This document shows positions 25,920-27,824 of a stretch of DNA of 27,824 nucleotides, piece after piece. Numbering within the stretch: the first letter of the stretch is position 1; each line of letters begins with the position of its first letter. Position numbers and translations under genes: made by a program. This DNA comes from a virus (lineage: Duplodnaviria; Caudoviricetes), in IMG/VR virus record IMGVR_UViG_3300020042_005038, positions 1-27,824 of that record; one strand, 5' to 3'. The notes beneath the pieces are model-generated. The model searched no databases and was not told the DNA's origin. It saw only the letters and a list, made by a program, of their open reading frames with translations.

Positions 25920-27161
25920 TTAGTCCTTAACATGTATCGTTTTACCCACAGGGGCATACTCCTTGTTGCCCCCAACAATAGTCCATAGAATCGGTGCATT
26001 CCACTTGTCTCCCCAATTACCAATGTAGCCGTCAGTCAGCATGATGATTGCCTCGGGCTTGATTGCTTTCTCTTCCATGTATCGCATTACGCAAGTAGGA
26101 TCAGTCCCCCCACCACCCGCAGGTTTGGTTGAATCAATGATTGAATCTACTTGACTAGATGAATACTCCTCATGTCCCGCAACTTCGCCGTCCCAATAGA
26201 TTAGGTCTACCCTGTCAGGGTGAACATCTTTCGCAATCGACTGCACCTCGGATAAAAACTCCGCTAGTTCCTTATTGCCTACTGAGCCACTCGTATCAAT
26301 GCCAATCACAAGATGACCCACTCGTTCACCTATTAGGCTAGGCATATAGATATCACTAGAGAGATACCTACGATTAACCCGTCGCCACGAACTTGTGTCT
26401 TTTGCATTACATGTAGTTTTAACAAACTCACGCAACACATCTCGCCAATCCACCTTGGGTTCAAGCAACTCGGATAGGTCTCGACCCATACCACCACCGC
26501 CTTTGCCTGCAACTTTCTGTTCGGCAATAAGTCCTTGACGAATAGCGGAGTCAATGTCTCGTTCCAATTCTTTCTTGGCTTGCTCGTCTAGTGCTTTCGC
26601 ACCTTCCCAATCATGCTCATCAAACCCACCACCGCCACCGCTACCACCACCTTCGCCTTCTTCATCACCATCGCCACCCTCGCTTTGTTCTTCCTTGAGA
26701 ATGTCGAATACTTGCTTAGCGTTCATACCTCTGAAGCGTTCGTCGATTGCACCTAGTGGCTTACCATTAGCTTGCTTGGGCATGGCAAGTAGTAACTCGT
26801 CTTTGTCCATGTCATGTAGCTGAAGGTTAATCACATAGTCGCATGCAAGGTTAGCTAGTTTGTGATTTTCGTCATGCAACTTTCGCCATGTAAACATATG
26901 TCGATAGGCTTTGTGCAATGTCTCATGCAACACCACGAATGCCAACTCCTTGTCGTCCAACTTCTGAATAAACTCACGACCATACAACTCATCTCTGCCG
27001 GTAGTGCATGCGGTTGGTATGTCTTCCACTACGCTAGTCTTACCAACAGTCATAAGACCTGACCACAAAGCAAATCTAGGGTTACGCATGATTGAGATTT
27101 TTACTTTGCTCAACCGACGTTCCTCTTTGTCCTTTACTATTACTTCACTATTACCTAACAT
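25920..27161 (-). CDS. HExxH metallopeptidase-like + VWA domain protein (DUF2201 type)
   Basis: PTACT.G, VVLHETLH, NLACDYVIN, Gly/acidic linker, DEHDW, MIDAS IDTSGS, GGGGTD, LTDG. AAGGAG RBS before ATG 27161. Confidence 0.88.
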   Translation of the reverse strand: MLGNSEVIVKDKEERRLSKVKISIMRNPRFALWSGLMTVGKTSVVEDIPTACTTGRDELYGREFIQKLDDKELAFVVLHETLHKAYRHMFTWRKLHDENHKLANLACDYVINLQLHDMDKDELLLAMPKQANGKPLGAIDERFRGMNAKQVFDILKEEQSEGGDGDEEGEGGGSGGGGGFDEHDWEGAKALDEQAKKELERDIDSAIRQGLIAEQKVAGKGGGGMGRDLSELLEPKVDWRDVLREFVKTTCNAKDTSSWRRVNRRYLSSDIYMPSLIGERVGHLVIGIDTSGSVGNKELAEFLSEVQSIAKDVHPDRVDLIYWDGEVAGHEEYSSSQVDSIIDSTKPAGGGGTDPTCVMRYMEEKAIKPEAIIMLTDGYIGNWGDKWNAPILWTIVGGNKEYAPVGKTIHVKD

Positions 27162-27309
27162 TGTTAGTTCTCCTTGTTGTCCATACATCAAAAAAATCTT
27201 CCGCTTTATATCCACGCTTAGCTAGTAACCGCCTTGCTTTACGCAAAGCGTTCTTCTGTGCTTGACGAACAGCCTCTCGGGATACCATGCTACCCTTAAC
27301 ACCCCTCAT
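27151..27309 (-). CDS. Small basic protein, ~52 aa
   Basis: AGGA before ATG 27309; fills the operon gap. Confidence 0.55.
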   Translation of the reverse strand: MRGVKGSMVSREAVRQAQKNALRKARRLLAKRGYKAEDFFDVWTTRRTNNVR

Positions 27310-27487
27310 GGTATCTTCCTGTTCTATCAAAATATTCTTCGGCATACTCCAATACCTCTTGTCTAAGTAAATCGACGGGGTATTTACCATTAGCCAAATC
27401 ACATAACAAATCTAAGAATGAATCGGGGTCTAGGTTATCGCTACCAATCCAATCCTCCATCATGCTTTTAGTTATAACTTGGCTCAT
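27296..27487 (-). CDS. Small acidic protein, 63 aa
   Basis: GAGG RBS; ATGA overlap with the ATPase gene. Confidence 0.65.
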   Translation of the reverse strand: MSQVITKSMMEDWIGSDNLDPDSFLDLLCDLANGKYPVDLLRQEVLEYAEEYFDRTGRYHEGC

Positions 27488-27824
27488 AGCAAGTCCTCAT
27501 TCTTCTGAACCCAATCAGCAAACTTCGATGAACTGAAAGCAATCTGTTGTTTGGTTGGTGACTTCGCAATGTTGATTGCAAAGCATGCTTGCCACTCGGC
27601 TTGGAATCTTTCAATGTATTCCATGAACTTAGGCATGGATTGTTTATCCACCTTAGCGATTGCACCGAACACAATAATTGCACATGCACCTGCTGACTCA
27701 GGAACAGTCGCAGTCTTTGGATTAGCGATCACAGATTCCCAAGTAGGAAGCTGATCCGAGAACTCTATGTATGCTTGCATATCCCGACTAGCTGACTCGC
27801 CTACCGCACCACTCATTGCACATA
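27484..27824 (-). CDS. C-terminus of a probable MoxR-like AAA+ ATPase, truncated at the window edge
   Basis: GAVGE..A..F...LP..E..IANP....VP, YIER...EWQ and FADW pattern typical of AAA proteins upstream of HExxH-VWA genes. The Walker motifs are outside the window. Confidence 0.65.
   Translation of the reverse strand, partial: CAMSGAVGESASRDMQAYIEFSDQLPTWESVIANPKTATVPESAGACAIIVFGAIAKVDKQSMPKFMEYIERFQAEWQACFAINIAKSPTKQQIAFSSSKFADWVQKNEDLL

Larger units (their letters stand above)
22679..27167. repeat. Dispersed 13-bp palindrome CTAACAWTGTTAG, six exact copies
   Basis: Copies at 22679-22691, 23131-23143, 23965-23977, 24905-24917, 25840-25852 and 27155-27167; a 12/13 copy at 9912-9924. Confidence 0.93.

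Noticed and set aside
22679-27167. Palindromes interpreted as a CRISPR array with the Cas4-like nuclease
   Set aside because: Repeats are 13 bp, 0.45-1.3 kb apart and separated by genes. Stand-alone Cas4-like nucleases are common in phage replication modules.
1345-27754. Many antisense or out-of-frame ORFs in the track (e.g. 1345-1671, 7051-7449, 10405-10848, 21331-21888, 25513-25833)
   Set aside because: They shadow well-supported genes, lack convincing RBSs and have no recognisable motifs.
1-27824. tRNA, rRNA, integrase, transposase or genetic-code reassignment
   Set aside because: None recognised, and genes tile densely under the standard code.

Overview
A 27.8-kb segment of a tailed dsDNA phage genome, probably podovirus-like. 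The host cannot be read from the sequence; the sigma70-type promoters and gene style suggest a proteobacterium (inference). Two gene blocks converge at about 11.3 kb. The + strand (1-11263) ends a virion module: a partial gene, 570-aa and 834-aa Gly/Ala/Gln-rich probable internal (ejected) proteins, a GNAT-like protein, and a 2124-aa protein with a HExxH motif. The - strand (11356-27824) is an early/replication block: AAA ATPase C-terminus, HExxH+VWA protein, RHH and HTH proteins, DUF3310-like protein, VRR-NUC-like nuclease, family A DNA polymerase, lipoprotein, PD-(D/E)XK nuclease, HNH, SNF2-like helicase, SSB-like protein and a primase-helicase. Signals not explained by the ORF track: (1) six exact copies of a 13-bp palindrome CTAACAWTGTTAG within 22.7-27.2 kb, several inside genes; (2) a ~145-nt intergenic element that folds as a double-pseudoknot RNA; (3) a 56-aa gene with a strong Shine-Dalgarno overprinted inside the 2124-aa gene; (4) a structured 3' UTR complementary to two phage ribosome-binding sites; (5) recurring A-x-G-G motifs in the virion proteins. 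All product calls come from motif recognition by eye, with no database search.
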